From: Basidiobolus meristosporus CBS 931.73
Taxonomy: Eukaryota; Fungi; Basidiobolomycota
Direction: 5' to 3'
Length of the DNA stretch: 64,000 nucleotides
Assembly: GCA_002104905.1 (NCBI GenBank)
Contig: MCFE01000101.1
Span: forward strand, 108,276-172,275
This document shows positions 27,557-41,103 of the stretch, one piece after another (positions within the stretch are counted from its first letter, which is position 1; every line of letters begins with the position of its first letter). Position numbers and translations under genes: made by a program. The notes beneath the pieces are model-generated. The model had not been told where the DNA came from. It made no database searches and worked only from the letters and a program-made list of their open reading frames with translations.

Positions 27557-28219
27557 ATGCTAGCAGCTTTTAGAAACTCTTTGAAAACCCCAACTCTGAG
27601 AAACGGATTGACCCGATATAGAGCTTACAACAGGGCGTTTTTCAACTCTGCATGGAATCCCTACAAAGCCAGGTAACAGTTAAACAACACACGTCTTGGA
27701 CTACGGCCAGTAATTCATTTATTTCCTTTTTACTTCCCAGCGAAATAGACGTCAACGAATTCCACACTCATTCTAACGAAGCCATGGATACTCTTGTTGA
27801 AAATCTAGAGGACTTGGGTGATACCGTGGATTATTCTGGCTTTGACGTTGAATATTCGGTAAGTCCTTGCCAGCAGGTATACTCTTGGTTATTATCAGAA
27901 AATTAACACGAGACTGATGGAAACGCTTCCATTTGTCAGAGCGGCGTTTTGACTTTGAAGCTTGGTGAAGCTGGAACTTATGTCATCAACAAACAACCCC
28001 CGAATAAGCAAATCTGGTTATCGTCACCGAAAAGGTACTGTCGTCTCTTCATTATCCGTGATATCAGATATTCACCAAGTACCTTCTAGTGGTCCGAAGC
28101 GATTTGACTATGATGTCGATGCAGGCAAATGGTTCTACCAGAGAGATGATAATACGTTGGATGAGTTGCTTAACCGCGAGCTAAGCGAAATCTTCCAGCG
28201 CGAACTAAAGGTTCTTTAA
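27557..28219 (+). CDS. YFH1: Frataxin, multi-exon
   Basis: Arg-rich presequence [24 protein letters not shown]; motifs DVEYS|[30 protein letters not shown] and SGPKRFDY. Confidence 0.92.
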
Positions 28220-28639
28220 ATCATGAGCCTTGGCTTTATTTCATACCTTTTTGTCGTAAGCAAGCCATCATGTTTAATTAAACCGCAACTCTTTCATGAC
28301 AACATGCTCTTTGCTTGAATCTCATAGATCAGGACAGATGATTGAACGTGGAAAAAGGGAGGCACTGTGCGACTGGACAATTTTCGATGCAATCCATAGT
28401 TTCATTGAATTGATGAGCAACCGCCTCATCTGCGTAGTTAATAAATCTCGTGGCTTGATGGAATAATTTAAAGGGATGATTATTATGGTTAAAGGGTCAA
28501 GGGTGATGATGGGATTTCATCAGAAATTTCGTAGCAGTCTCGTTGGGTAATCACCTAGTTGTAATCCTGTAAATCTTATACCCATTCGTCAACACGAACC
28601 TTTCTCCCATTTGGATTTGGTAATGCTAGTTATCTCCTC

Positions 28640-31600
28640 ATGGGGAATAACTTTTCAAGCACTATACCATCGACTGCTACTGCAGGTATAGATAACTATG
28701 TTGGGGAAATAGGGGATATTCAATACGAAAAGAGGTAATCCTCCTTACATGCTTGGTCCGCATATTCTTTTCCCTGGAACGCATCCATTGTCTTTGGAAA
28801 TGCCCCCAGCGCGAATCTCTGACAATCCCTGTGCTTGTACCCTTCAACTAAGTCTTCCCCTTTCAGCTTAGGGAGTGCTCGGTTTATGAAGACCATCCGG
28901 GGTAGACATAAAGAGGGGCCAGTAGTGGTGAAGATATTTATAAAGCCTTATGTTGGCCTTTCTCTGGATCCGTACATCAATCAACTACGTGGTAAGGCCA
29001 TGTTCCTCTTCACTGGAACTCTTTCATCTTCTGCCGCCACCTTGTCGGCAGGTTCTCTGTTCTACTTCTGGCGACTGATGTTTTGTTCTAGCCGAAAGGG
29101 AGAAGCTGCTCGAGCTTCCCAACGCCTTTCCTTACCAACGTATTTTGGAGACTGAGACTGCGGTCTATCTAATTCGACAATACTTCTTCTCAAACCTTTA
29201 CGACCGCATCAGGTAAGTGTCTTACGAGCCTTCACTTATCCAAAGCCCAGCCTGAACCCTTTTCAGCACCCGACCCTTTTTGGATTTGATCGAGAAAAAG
29301 TGGATTGCGTATCAGTTGCTTCGAACCGTAGCGGACGCACATCGACACGAGGTAGGGTGGTTTGGGTTGGTGAGACCCATCCATGCAAATATTCTAAGCT
29401 TCTATGGCAGATCTTCCACGGTGACATCAAGACGGAGAATGTGTTGGTAACGAGCTGGAACTGGGTGCTACTCTCTGACTATGCGAGTTTCAAGCCAACC
29501 TACCTTCCTGAGGTGAGCCTCTTGCGGATCCACTGGGTTTTCAGCACTCGCTCACACGTATCTTCAGGACAACCCTGCGGATTTTTCTTTCTTTTTCGAC
29601 ACCTCCTCGAGACGTTCTTGCTATCTAGCCCCAGAGCGCTTCTATAACTTCGGGGGCGAAGATGCGATTGCCAACGTAAGTCTTGATATTGATTGGATCT
29701 CTATCGCCATTTTCACTGAACTCTGCCACCTAGCCTGATAATGACCGGGAGTGCGAGGGCTCGCTGACCCCAGCCATGGACGTTTTTGCACTAGGGTAAG
29801 TGGTCGAGCACTCTGGCCATCAGCAGCCCCAACTAAACGCCTTCTTAGATGCGTCATTGCTGAGCTGTTTCTGGAGGGGTCACCAATCTTCTCATTTTCC
29901 CAATTGCTAAGTTACAAGCGAAGCGAGTATGATCCGCTTCCAGAGCTGGAGAGGATAGAGGATCCAGACATACGGGTACTTTGGTTTCGTCTCACCAGAT
30001 TGATCCATGTTGACTAACTGCGGTGCGATTTATCAGAGCCTCATCCAACATATGATCCAACTTGACCCTACGCAGCGATTCACAGCAGAGCGTTATCTTG
30101 CCGAGTGGTAGGGATGCTGTTTCTGATGCGGGGCAGTGCTGGTCGACTAAGCAAGTTTTCTATTCCCTAGGCGAGGCAAGGCATTCCCACAATACTTCTA
30201 TTCCTTTCTACACCAGTACCTTGAAACTGTCCTCGAGTCGCACTCCACAATCATGTCCACCACATCCGATGGCTTTCCCAACGACGCTGACCTACGGATC
30301 GAACGCGTGTACCATGACTTCGATAAAATCGCCTACTTCCTAGGGTTCTATGATGCCCAGGCGAATCAGGAGATGGACCTGGAGCACTTGCCAAGCGGAA
30401 GAGCTAGAGGCAGATACCAAATAAGAAAAGTCAATTCCTTCCTGCCGACAAAGTACAGCATCCCCAATTACGATTCAGCCTCGGTATACTCGGAGAACCT
30501 GGCGTTAGGCCAAGACGACAACGGCGCGGTGATCTTTCTTTCGCTCATCTGCGCGTCCATGCGCAATGCTATGTATCCGTATTCAAAGCTTTATGCGCTG
30601 GACATGCTCTTGGCCATCAGTGAGCACCTGTCAGAGGAAATGAAGTTGGATCGAGTGCTGCCCTATATAGTTAGCTTGCTCGCAGACAACATCAGCCTGG
30701 TCAGAGGTATCGCCATCAGAGCCTTGACCAAACTGCTATCTACCGTAGAGTCCGTCTCCCCAATCAACTCAAAGATCTTCCAGGAATACGTGTTCCCTCA
30801 CCTATCCAAGCTTGTAGACGACAGTGAGGTGTTTGTGCGTGCCACATACGCCGCATGTATACCTTCGCTTGCCGAGACTGCACTTAGGTTTCTGGAGTTA
30901 TCGCAGAGATTCTCCAGTGAAAATGGGCCGCTTGTCGAGGCAGACAGCGAGCTGGAGGACTCCTATGAGCCCACCTATGACCGAGCGCTTCAGGATCTAC
31001 AAATGTTGGTTCAGGAGCAAGTCACCATGCTGTTGATCGATGTAGAGAGCTCTGTCAATCGAGCATTACTGACGGGAATGACCAAACTATGCATATTCTT
31101 TGGCAGACAGAAAACGAACGACTTCCTACTGTCGCATATGATCACCTACCTGAACGAGCCGGACAGCTCGCTTAGGAGCGGGTTCTTTGAGGCAGTTGTG
31201 GGTGTTTGCAAATTCTTGGGAAGCAGATGTCTAGAGGAGTACATCCTGCCGTTGATGATACAAGCGTTGACCGATCCCGAAGAGTATGTGATTGTCAATG
31301 TGTTGAATTCGATCAGCTCTCTCGCCGAGGAGGGGCTTCTTGGGAAAGAGAAAACTCGAGAAATAGTAAGCGCTTTGATGCCGCTGATATACCATCCCAA
31401 CGTCTGGGTCAGGTACGGAGTGATACGAGTCATCGTGTCTGGCAGCAATGCGATGGCTATCACAGACGTGTGGTGCTTCATCTATCCGATTATTCAACCT
31501 TACCTGAAGGCTGATATTCTGGACTTCACTGAGGAAGAGTTGATCGAATCAGTGAGGCCTGCGATCGCTAGGGAGGTTTTTGACGAGGTGCTGCTATGGG

Positions 31601-34103
31601 CGAATGAGTCGTCTGGCTTCCTGAAGCTCAAGAACCTTGCCGTTGACGGGGGCGACTCGGAGGATGGGATAGTTCGATTGTCCATTGGGCTTGACGATAC
31701 CGACAAATCCCACTTCGCCAAGTTGCTAAATCTGAACATAGACATGGAGGACTTGCGCAAACTGGTGATGATGAGAGCGTATCTCTCTAAGCTTTCTCGT
31801 GTGAAGCAAAGTGCTAGGGCAAAGTCGACGGAGAATCTAAGGTCCGCTGCTGCCGACGGAAGCGACACCATACTGCTGAAGAATCTGGGGGTTACGCCGA
31901 GAACTGTCTTTCTTTCTTCTCTGCACCCGGAGACTCCTCCATCCAGACCAGAGATTCTTAAGAGACCACCGCGGCCTCATCTCGTACCTGAGGACACCGC
32001 CCGTAAGCTGTCTATTACCCTGACCAACCGGTCTCACCTCATCCCAGATATCCAACTCGCGAGAACCCCAAGCGAGACCAGTCTAGAATCAGCGTTCAAC
32101 TCGAGCAGAGGCGGCCACGAGTACCATCGGCCATTGAGCTCTGCTCCAAGAAATGTCACTCAGCATCGGAAGCATGATCTAAGCAACCTTTACCTGCGAA
32201 ACCAGTCGGAAACCAGCCTCCATTCAGTGTCGATCTTATCCACCTCGATTAGCCGAAGCAACTCCCATAGACTGTCGCTGCCTTCCTCGCCCGCAAGCAA
32301 GGCGATGCCTGCCACCTCAACCACGATCGACAATGCCATAGCCACATTGGAAGTGCCATCTTCTTCATACGAAGAGAACTCCTCGAAGAGTTTGGCCGTT
32401 GAAGCTCGAGCCAATGCCAAGAAATTGGCGCACGAGAGCGACTTCGAGCCGGTTCCGATTACCCCCACGTCAGTTAGCAGTTACACGTGGAGACAGGACG
32501 GGCCTGGCCGGACATTGAAGCCACTGCTGCAAAAGAAATCGCTGGAGGCATTCCCCCGTCCGCTGAGCGAGTTCGGATCGCCAATACCAAGCAAGAGGCT
32601 AACCAGAAATCGGATGGTCTTCCCGCGGGATTGCTCGGGTAGTCGAGCGACAAGGGCCCTCGAAGGAGTCCTGATCTCCAACCTAACCGAGCACAAAGGC
32701 GGAGTCAACCAGATCTCGTTCTCGCCCGATGATCGCTTCTTTGCCACCTGTAGTGATGATGGAAGCATACGGATATGGGACGCCTCCAGGTTCGAGAAAA
32801 ACGCCACGACGAAGTCAAGGGTCACGTATCAGCAGGGTGGGAAGGTCAAGTGTATGGCGTTCATCGAGAACACTTACAGTCTGGCCGCGGGGTCGGACAA
32901 CGGGTCCATCCATATAATCAAAGTGAATTACCAAAACTACGGGAACACCCCGAAATACGGGAAATGTAGGCTGGTCAGGAAGATCCACTTGAAAGGAGAG
33001 TATCCGCTCCATATTGACCACATGGATTTCGAGCAGTCGTCCCTTTTAATCTACGCCACGAACCTGGGGAAGATATACGGATACGACTTGCGACAGGTGC
33101 AAATAGTCTGGGTGCTGCAGAACCCCATCAACTATGGTAAGTACTGGAAAGAATCCTGGTGCCGTTGGATCGATTGACTGAACATGCCCCTACAGGTGTA
33201 ATCACAGCGATGCTTTGTGACCCCAAACGGACCTGGCTGCTGATCGGTACGAACCGAGGGATTCTGACGCTTTGGGACATGAGGTTCCACATCTTACTGC
33301 GAAGCTGGCAACATCCCAGCAAACTGCCGATCCAGCGGCTGAGGATGTTCATGGGACCGATGGGGGTTTCTCGCACCAGCCGTTATGTGTTGATCGTGGC
33401 GGGGAAAAATGAGGTCTCTTTGTGGGACATTGAGAAGTTGGAGTGCAAGGAGGTGTTTATGGTCCGAAGTATGGACGACAAACGATTGATGGGTCCGATG
33501 TTGGAGTCATTCCAGGTGTGTTGAATGTGATGTGTCTGCCATGGATCGCCCCTGAACTAACCCACATACCCGCCAGGCTCAGGAGATTCCAAGTGAGCGC
33601 AATTTCCTCGTCGATCCCGACAATTCTCCCGGTTTCCCAACGCACCACGAGACGTCCATCACGAACGTCATATCTCCGTTCAACTGCTCGTGCATTCTTA
33701 CAGCTGGCGCGGGGAAGATCCGCTTTTGGGACATGGAGCACCCGGAAAGCTCGTATATCATCAACGGGCTGCCCGGCGAAAGCCGTCCCAATTTCAGGTA
33801 TTTGCATCTGATTCTTTTTGGCCCACGTCGCGCATGACTAACGAGCTCCCTTGCAGTAAACTGATCCATGATGGGATCACCCTTCACATCGAAACCCCTG
33901 CTCGGACCCGAAAGTCCAGCACGAGTAGCTCGCACTCCCGGACCCGCGTGGCCTCCTTTGGAAACCCGCTAGTCGCTGAAGAGGAAGGGGCCGGTCGAGT
34001 CTCCATGCATATTGACAATATTGCCGACCTGAAAATTGGCACCTATCCATACTTGATGTTGATAAGTGCAGATAGAGATGGTGTAATAAAAGTGTATCGT
34101 TGA
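28640..34103 (+). CDS. VPS15: Vps15 (PI3K regulatory subunit), copy A; contains one 2,966-bp exon (30171-33136)
   Basis: [23 protein letters not shown] (N-myristoylation Gly2), [35 protein letters not shown] repeats (SHMITYLN), WD40 ([10 protein letters not shown]), ending [11 protein letters not shown]. Confidence 0.95.
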
Positions 34104-34158
34104 AAGAGTGCCGTGCAATGTTTGGAGGAGTAATTTATTCAATAATATTCAAGTAAAC

Positions 34159-34188
34159 GGGGGAGGGGAGGAGGAGGAGGAGGAGGAG
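34159..34188. repeat. (GGA)n microsatellite in the 93-bp spacer between the two VPS15 stop codons
   Basis: GGGGGAGGGGAGGAGGAGGAGGAGGAGGAG. Confidence 0.9.
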
Positions 34189-34196
34189 ATGATGGC

Positions 34197-37100
34197 TTAG
34201 CGGAATACCTTGATCACCCCTTCCCTGTCGGCGCTGACAATGATGGTGTACGGGACCTCCACGAGCTGGATGTCGTTGATGCAGTCGGTGTGGTTGTTGA
34301 CCAGCATCTGCTGGAGTTGGGACACCGGGTTGCCTATCCGTGGCGCTTTGGACTTGCTGGGGGTACGAGGCGGTGTTTCGATGTGGAAAGTGATCCCGTT
34401 ATGGATCAGTTTACTGTAGTGGGCAGACGTTGGTACGGTCAGAGTGGGGATGTGGTTTGGCTGAGGTCAAGATGGATTACCTGAAGTTTGGCTTGGGCTC
34501 ACCAACATGCAGCCCGCTGACTATGTACGAGCCCTCCGGGTGTTCGATGTCCCAATACCTAATCTTCCCCACCCCGGCGGTCAAGATGTAGTTGGTATTT
34601 GCTGGGGAGATCATCGATCGAATGGAGTTCTCCTGGAATGCCGAGAACCCGTACTGGCCAGGGTTGAGCACATTCTTTAGAAACGATTCCTTACTTGGGA
34701 TATCCTGAGCCTGGGGGGATCGTCGAGAGTTGATCAGTGCATTCTTCAGAGATGCTTGCATAGCGTAGATTACCTTCAATACATCCGACCCAATCTTACT
34801 CGACCTTCTGTCGTCCACCGCGCGTACCATGAACACCTCTTTGCATTCGACCTTCTCAATGTCCCACAGGGAGACCTCGTTGTTCCCTGCAGCGACAAGG
34901 ACATGCCGGCCTCTGCTTGAGGGTCCCATGTATATCACCAGCCGATTGATGGAGGTTTTGCTTGGATGAATCCAAGACTTCAATGAGATGTGAAATCGTA
35001 GATCCCACAAAGTCAAGATCCCCCGATTCGTGCCGACCAATATCCAAGCCCGGTGATGGTCGATCACAAACGAAGTGATGACTCCTGGAATGCAAAGGTG
35101 AGTTCGGGTGTCCTACACGGATCCACATGAAATGGAAATACCGAAGTTGGTTGGGTTTCGGAGGACCCAGACGACCTGAGTTTTGCGCAGATCGAATCCG
35201 TAGATGTTGCCCTTCGTCGTGGCGTACACGAGCAGCGATTCTTGTTCTATTCAGCATGGGTTGGTGGTGAGCTTGGTTTGTTGCAAACGCTTTCGTAAAC
35301 GGAGTAAATCATACCAGTGTTGAAGTGCTCGATTGCCACCACGTGCTCGTCCTTCAATACTATCTTCCTCACCGTCTGGCATTTCCCGTATTTCGGAGCA
35401 GTGTTATTACCTTGGTAATCAACCCTGTTGATGGATTGGTGAGTCAGTACGTTGTGGTGTGCCTCCTATTTGGTGCGGATTTCACCTGAATATATGAATG
35501 GTTCCGTCATCGGATGCAGAGGCGATACTGTAGGTATTCTCAATAAAAGTCATGCACTTTATCTTCCCCTCTGGAGGTGCAATGTCAGTGGTGTCGCTAC
35601 AATGCATGAGCACTTTACCTACCTTGCAGGCTGTATGTGATCCTAGGCTTTGTAGTAGGGTTTTTCTCTAGTCGTAAGCAGTCCCATATCTTCACTGTTC
35701 CATCATCGCTGCATGAGGCAAAGAAGTTGTGGTCGGGTGCGACGCACACCTGATTCACTGACGCTTTGTGGGCTGTGAGGTTAGCAATAAGAGTCCCTGA
35801 GGGGGTGTTAATGCATGGGATCCAGTGGAAGCTCTGGAGGGACATCTACCTTCCAGTTTGCAGTCAAAGATGGTGGAGTTCTCCGCATTCTTGTTGAAGG
35901 CGCGTCGATTCCGCGCGATGATCGCCATTGATAGATGCGGCCCGAGTTCTAATCAGACGGTTACTTGCCATGCTCAACCAACTCTAGAAAATTGCTCTCT
36001 ACCATTCAGCGGCCTTGGAAACGCCTCTAGCGATTTTTTCTCCAGCAGCGGCTTGAGTGTCCGGTCCTTCGGATCTAGTAATCCATCAGATGTCGGGTTT
36101 TTTGAACACTCCTGGTCGTTGCTTGCGCTTACCTTTGGCCCAACCGATCACTGTGCCAGGTGTATTCGGTGCACCTTGACTTTTCACAGAATCCCGATCC
36201 ACTTCGCGCTCTAGTTTGTGCTCATCGAGTACGTGTTCGGAGCTCGGGATGTCAAGCGTAGCTGTCACTACAGTCGCATGGGTACCCGTCGCAGCGGAGC
36301 TCTTGCTGGCTACTGGTGAGGAAGCAACCGATGGTAGATGCGAATTACTTCTTGATATCGGTGTGGACAGGATGGGGATAGAGTTCACACTCGTCTCCGA
36401 GTAATTGCTGAGTTGAAACCCACTGAAATGCCTTTTCTGCGCCTTCGGATGGAGGCTGAGAGACGATGGGCTGCCATCGTGGGTTTCGGTGTTCTTGATT
36501 GGATTATCGCTGGCGGCTTTGGCTAAAGGCACATCGGTGGAAAGGTATGGTCTTTGGGACGAAATTGAAGAACGCCTAAATAATGGACACGACAATGAAT
36601 GTGAAGACCCGTCCGCTCCCCTTATCTATTGGATGTAATTACCTACTCCCACCAGCCTACACGTAATGCGCGTTCAGCGAGTGTAATTAAATCATTGCTA
36701 AAGATTGCGTACATACCTCGGACGTCCCGTTTCTCTTGGTACTCTTCTTATTCGGGTCAGCTCGCTGTTGCTCCTCTTCTGGATATGGCGATGTTAAGAA
36801 CACCGTTCTAGGAGTGATACCTAGATTCTTGAGCATTATGGAGCCGTTCTGCATAATTGAAGGGTCAGGTATAATGGGTTTTGATGAGGGTTTGACTAGG
36901 TCGATGTACCTCAATCTCAGTCCTGTTCTTGAGGTTGGCGGAGACTTTGACTCGTAGATTCTGCTTGGCTCGGGATAACTTCAGCAAGTACTCTCGCATG
37001 AACAGGAGTTTCTCTAGATCCTCCGCTGTCATTCCAAGCTGTTGAAGCTTGGACAGGTTGGATCGGTCGCTGCGAGCGAATCTACATGTCAGCTCGAATA

Positions 37101-40100
37101 TCTGCCACAATAAACAAACAAGCAACGTACACATCCGAGAACTTCACGGGGATGGGCTGGATTGACGCGGAGTCGCTACTCTTTAACTGATTCAGTAGAA
37201 TATCGTCGAGGATGAGAAACGTCGGCGACTGGCTGGCCCATTGCAGCACTTGCTCAAATATGATTCTGTTGATCTAAAGCGGTATGTGAATCGAGGGATG
37301 CTCGTGAATCTGGGCCGATTTCTCTTACCCGAGGTTTGGCAGCCTCCAGCAACTCAGGCTCGGTGAGGTTGATGATGTCGGCCTTGAGAAAAGGGCGAAT
37401 GGTGGGGTAAATGAAGCACCAGACATCTGGAACGGTCAGCACCTTGCCACAAGACACAATAAAGGATATAGCCCCTTTCAACGCAAGTTGCTTGGGTTAG
37501 TGGGTTGGTTGCCGTGCCACCGGACGAAGTAGAGCATACCGTAGGAAATCCAGGAATTGGGGTGGCAGATCAATGGGGCCACCACGCCGACAAGCTCCCA
37601 AACCTTGATTTTGTTGAAGAGGCCCAACCCTGCCAGCGATGCAAGCGAGTTCAACACCTTCTCCACCACATATTCCTCCGGATCTGCAGGTCCGCTGTTA
37701 GCCTTCATGGAGTTTGCCAATCAAGAGCCAGTTTGGACTTACCTATCAAGGACTGTACCATCAGTGGCAGGATGTATTCTTCCAGACTCTTTCCACCAAC
37801 GAAGGTGCCGACGCCAACAATCGTCTCGAAAAAGGCGCCCCGGAGCATGCCGTCTTGGTCGTTAAGATATGTGATCATGTGTGACAGCAGGAAATCGTTG
37901 GCTTTCTGTCGGCCAAAGAACACGCACAGTCGAGTGATCCCGGACAAAAGGGCTCGTTTGATCGAGCTTTCCTGGTCAATCAACAGTATGGTGACCTGCT
38001 CTTGGATATACAGCTGAAGGTCAACCAACGCTACGTCATACGTGGCCTAGGAACAGTCATGAGTGGGAGGCGCTCTCATTGTCATTCGACGAATACATAC
38101 CTCGTAAGGCGAGCTTCCATCCATATCCTTGTCGGTATCGTTATTGGCCCCTGTTTTGAAGCTCTGGAGGAAAATTTAGTCATGATCCACCGTCTCCTCA
38201 CACTGCTGAACCGAAGCGAACCTGAGAAAGCTCCAGAAAACGCAAGGCAGTCTCTGACAATGAGGCAATGCAAGCGGCGTAGGTTGTGCGAGTAAAAATC
38301 TCAGGGTCCGTGGCAAATCGACGAAGGTGCGGAAAAATGAATTCAGGGAAAATGTTGGAATTGATCGGGGCGATCGTTTCTACGGTGGACAGCTTTGGAG
38401 CGACATGAGTGATTTAGAAATGCAAATCCATCGTTGCAGCTCATCGAGTCTTTTACCAGTTCCGTCATTGCCTTCACAGCACTCCCTCTGACCAGGCTCA
38501 CTCGATCGCTCAGCAGACTGACAATATATGGCAGGAGTCGATCCAGCTTCATGTCGTCGCTTAAATGCTCGCTTATAGCAAGTAGCATGTCGAGCGCGTA
38601 CAGTTTTGAGGAGGGATACACAGCATTGCGGATAGACGAACATATCAGCGACAGGAAGATCACGGCCCCTTCATCGTCTGCACTCACGGCAACCAGTTAG
38701 CTGTCGAAACTACATCAGCATACAGACTGACATGGTACCTGACTCCAGCTTCGTAACCTCCGAAAGCGTTGACGAAGAGTCGTAATGCGGTATATTATAT
38801 TTGACCGGAAGGAAATTCTACATGAAAACAGCTCAGCGTCCATCTCATTCACCCATAAATCCCGATCAACGAATACATTGACTTTCCCTGTTCCTAGATT
38901 GTTGATCGGGTTAGCCCAGGCAATGGACATGCCACGCAAATGACATCTACTCACGATTCGATTTCTTCTTGTCCGAATCGTAGAAGCCTAGGAAGAAGGC
39001 GATCTTGTCGAACTCGTTGTAGAGCTTTTCGATGCGCACATCTGCATCATTCGGAGATCCATCGGCAGTAGAGGGCAAGAAATCAACGTGTGTATCGATG
39101 ACCGAGGCCAGGTATTGATGAAGGAAAGTGGAAAAGTAAGAAGGGAACGACAAGTCCCGCCTGGAAGGCACATCTTGTTAGCAGTGGCCCTCTCTTGAGC
39201 CTGTGGGGAACACATTACCAATCAGACAAATACCGCTCGGCCGAATATCTTTCTTTAGGGTCCAGCTGAATCATGTGCTTGATCATGTCCTAATGATGTA
39301 CAAGTCGTTAGCCTCTCGGCCTACGCTACGTAAGTCGGCAAAATTACTCTGATGGCTGAATCTTCGATCTTCTCCAGCTCCGAAGTAGGATCATATTCAT
39401 TTCGCTTGTAGCTGAGAAGCTGAGAAAAAGAGAAGATTGGGGTGCCTTCCAAGAATAGCTCGGCGATCACACATCTATAGCGAGAGGATTTAGCATGCAA
39501 GGTGCAGGGCTGAACTGGCACTTGACACGAACCCTAATGAGAATATGTCCATGGCTTCGGTTAATTTCGTTTCTTTCCTGGAGTTTTCAAACTACAATAC
39601 GATGTATGTTAATTTGCTCATCGATGCACCCTGCCGGAATGCGTACTTACGCTTGTGTTTTCCTCCTCATGGCCGGAGTTGTAAAACCTCTCAGGTGCCA
39701 AGTAGCAGCAACGCCTCGAGGAAGTATCAAAGAAAAAGGAGAAGTCTGCCGGGTTGTCCTGAAAGAAATTTCAAGTCTCAGTGCCTGTTTGCCTCGGGGC
39801 AATGTCGAACACTAACCTCCGGTAAATATGTTGGTTTGAAGCTGGAGAAGTCAGACAGTAGAACCCAGTTCCAACTGGTGACGAGAACATTCTCTGCCTT
39901 GAGATCTCCGTGATATATCTTGGAAATTAGAAAGGCCATTAGAGGCTACTTGAGATTTTCTCGCCCAGCTGTGGGCATATATATACAAACCTGGTTTGCA
40001 TGCGCATCGGCAACGGTGCGAAGTAGTTGGAAGGTAATCCACTTCTTTTCTATCAGATCCAAGAATGGGCGCGTGCTTTGAGATTAAGGAAGTTGAGAAC

Positions 40101-40640
40101 AGTCCAAATGTCATTCCATGAGCTTGAAATTTACCTAATTCTATCGTATAAATTGGTGAAAATATATTGTCGAATGAGATATACAGCAGTCTCGGTTTCG
40201 AAGATTCTTTGGTACGGCAGCGCATTCGGAATATCTAGCAGACCGTCACGCTCCACTGCAAATAAGGGTTACAATAGGCCTCAAACAACCAAACAAGGCA
40301 GCAAACTTTGAAGGATTACCGTTAAATTGGTTGATGTATGGCTTCAACGAGAGCTCCGCGTAAGGTTTTATAAAGATTTTCACTACAACTGAACCTTCTT
40401 TGTGTTTACACCGAATGGTTTTCATAAACCTTGCACTTCCTAAACTAATATTAAAAACCTAAGTTCCCTTATTCCAGCGACGATGTGCTTCCACTGAGCT
40501 TATAACGAACAAGTGTTTGAGCTGGGAGAGGGAGAACCTTTGTACCTTTTCTCATACTGAATATCCCTAAGCTCACCTACATAGCTGTCAATACCTGCTG
40601 TGGCGGTTGAAGGTATTGTGCTGGAAAAGTTGTTACCCAT
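34197..40640 (-). CDS. VPS15: Vps15, copy B; highly intron-rich
   Basis: [86 protein letters not shown], ending [13 protein letters not shown]; more than 25 canonical introns. Confidence 0.93.
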
Positions 40641-41103
40641 ATGGGAGAGGTGGGCATATGATTGAGTTATAAACAGGCGAAATCACGCATAGAATGCAGT
40701 GAGACTGCCTTCGCCTGGAAACGTGGTGAAGTCAGATTCCTCAGATGACCAGATCGATTGATTGGTAATCGAAAGTGTGAAATCAACTCGGCACATAGAA
40801 TAGTGAATTCAGAATGAGATTTTATTGAATAATCATGTTCTGGATCACGCCCGATATCATTATCGCCGGTAACAATGAACAGAGCCAGGGAAGGGGAAGT
40901 ATGGATTTAATGCATATTAAAGGAGCGGTTGAGGTAAGGTAAAAGGAACAGCATTCTGTGTTGTTATCTTCACTCGCGTGTAGGGATGGAATTCCAATAG
41001 AGTTACAGTATGAAATAAGTTACGGGAATTTAGTAGACAAGGTTTACCAAGAAGTAAATGGGCTATGCTCAACAGAACGCTAATTATCTATGTAAGAAGG
41101 ACT

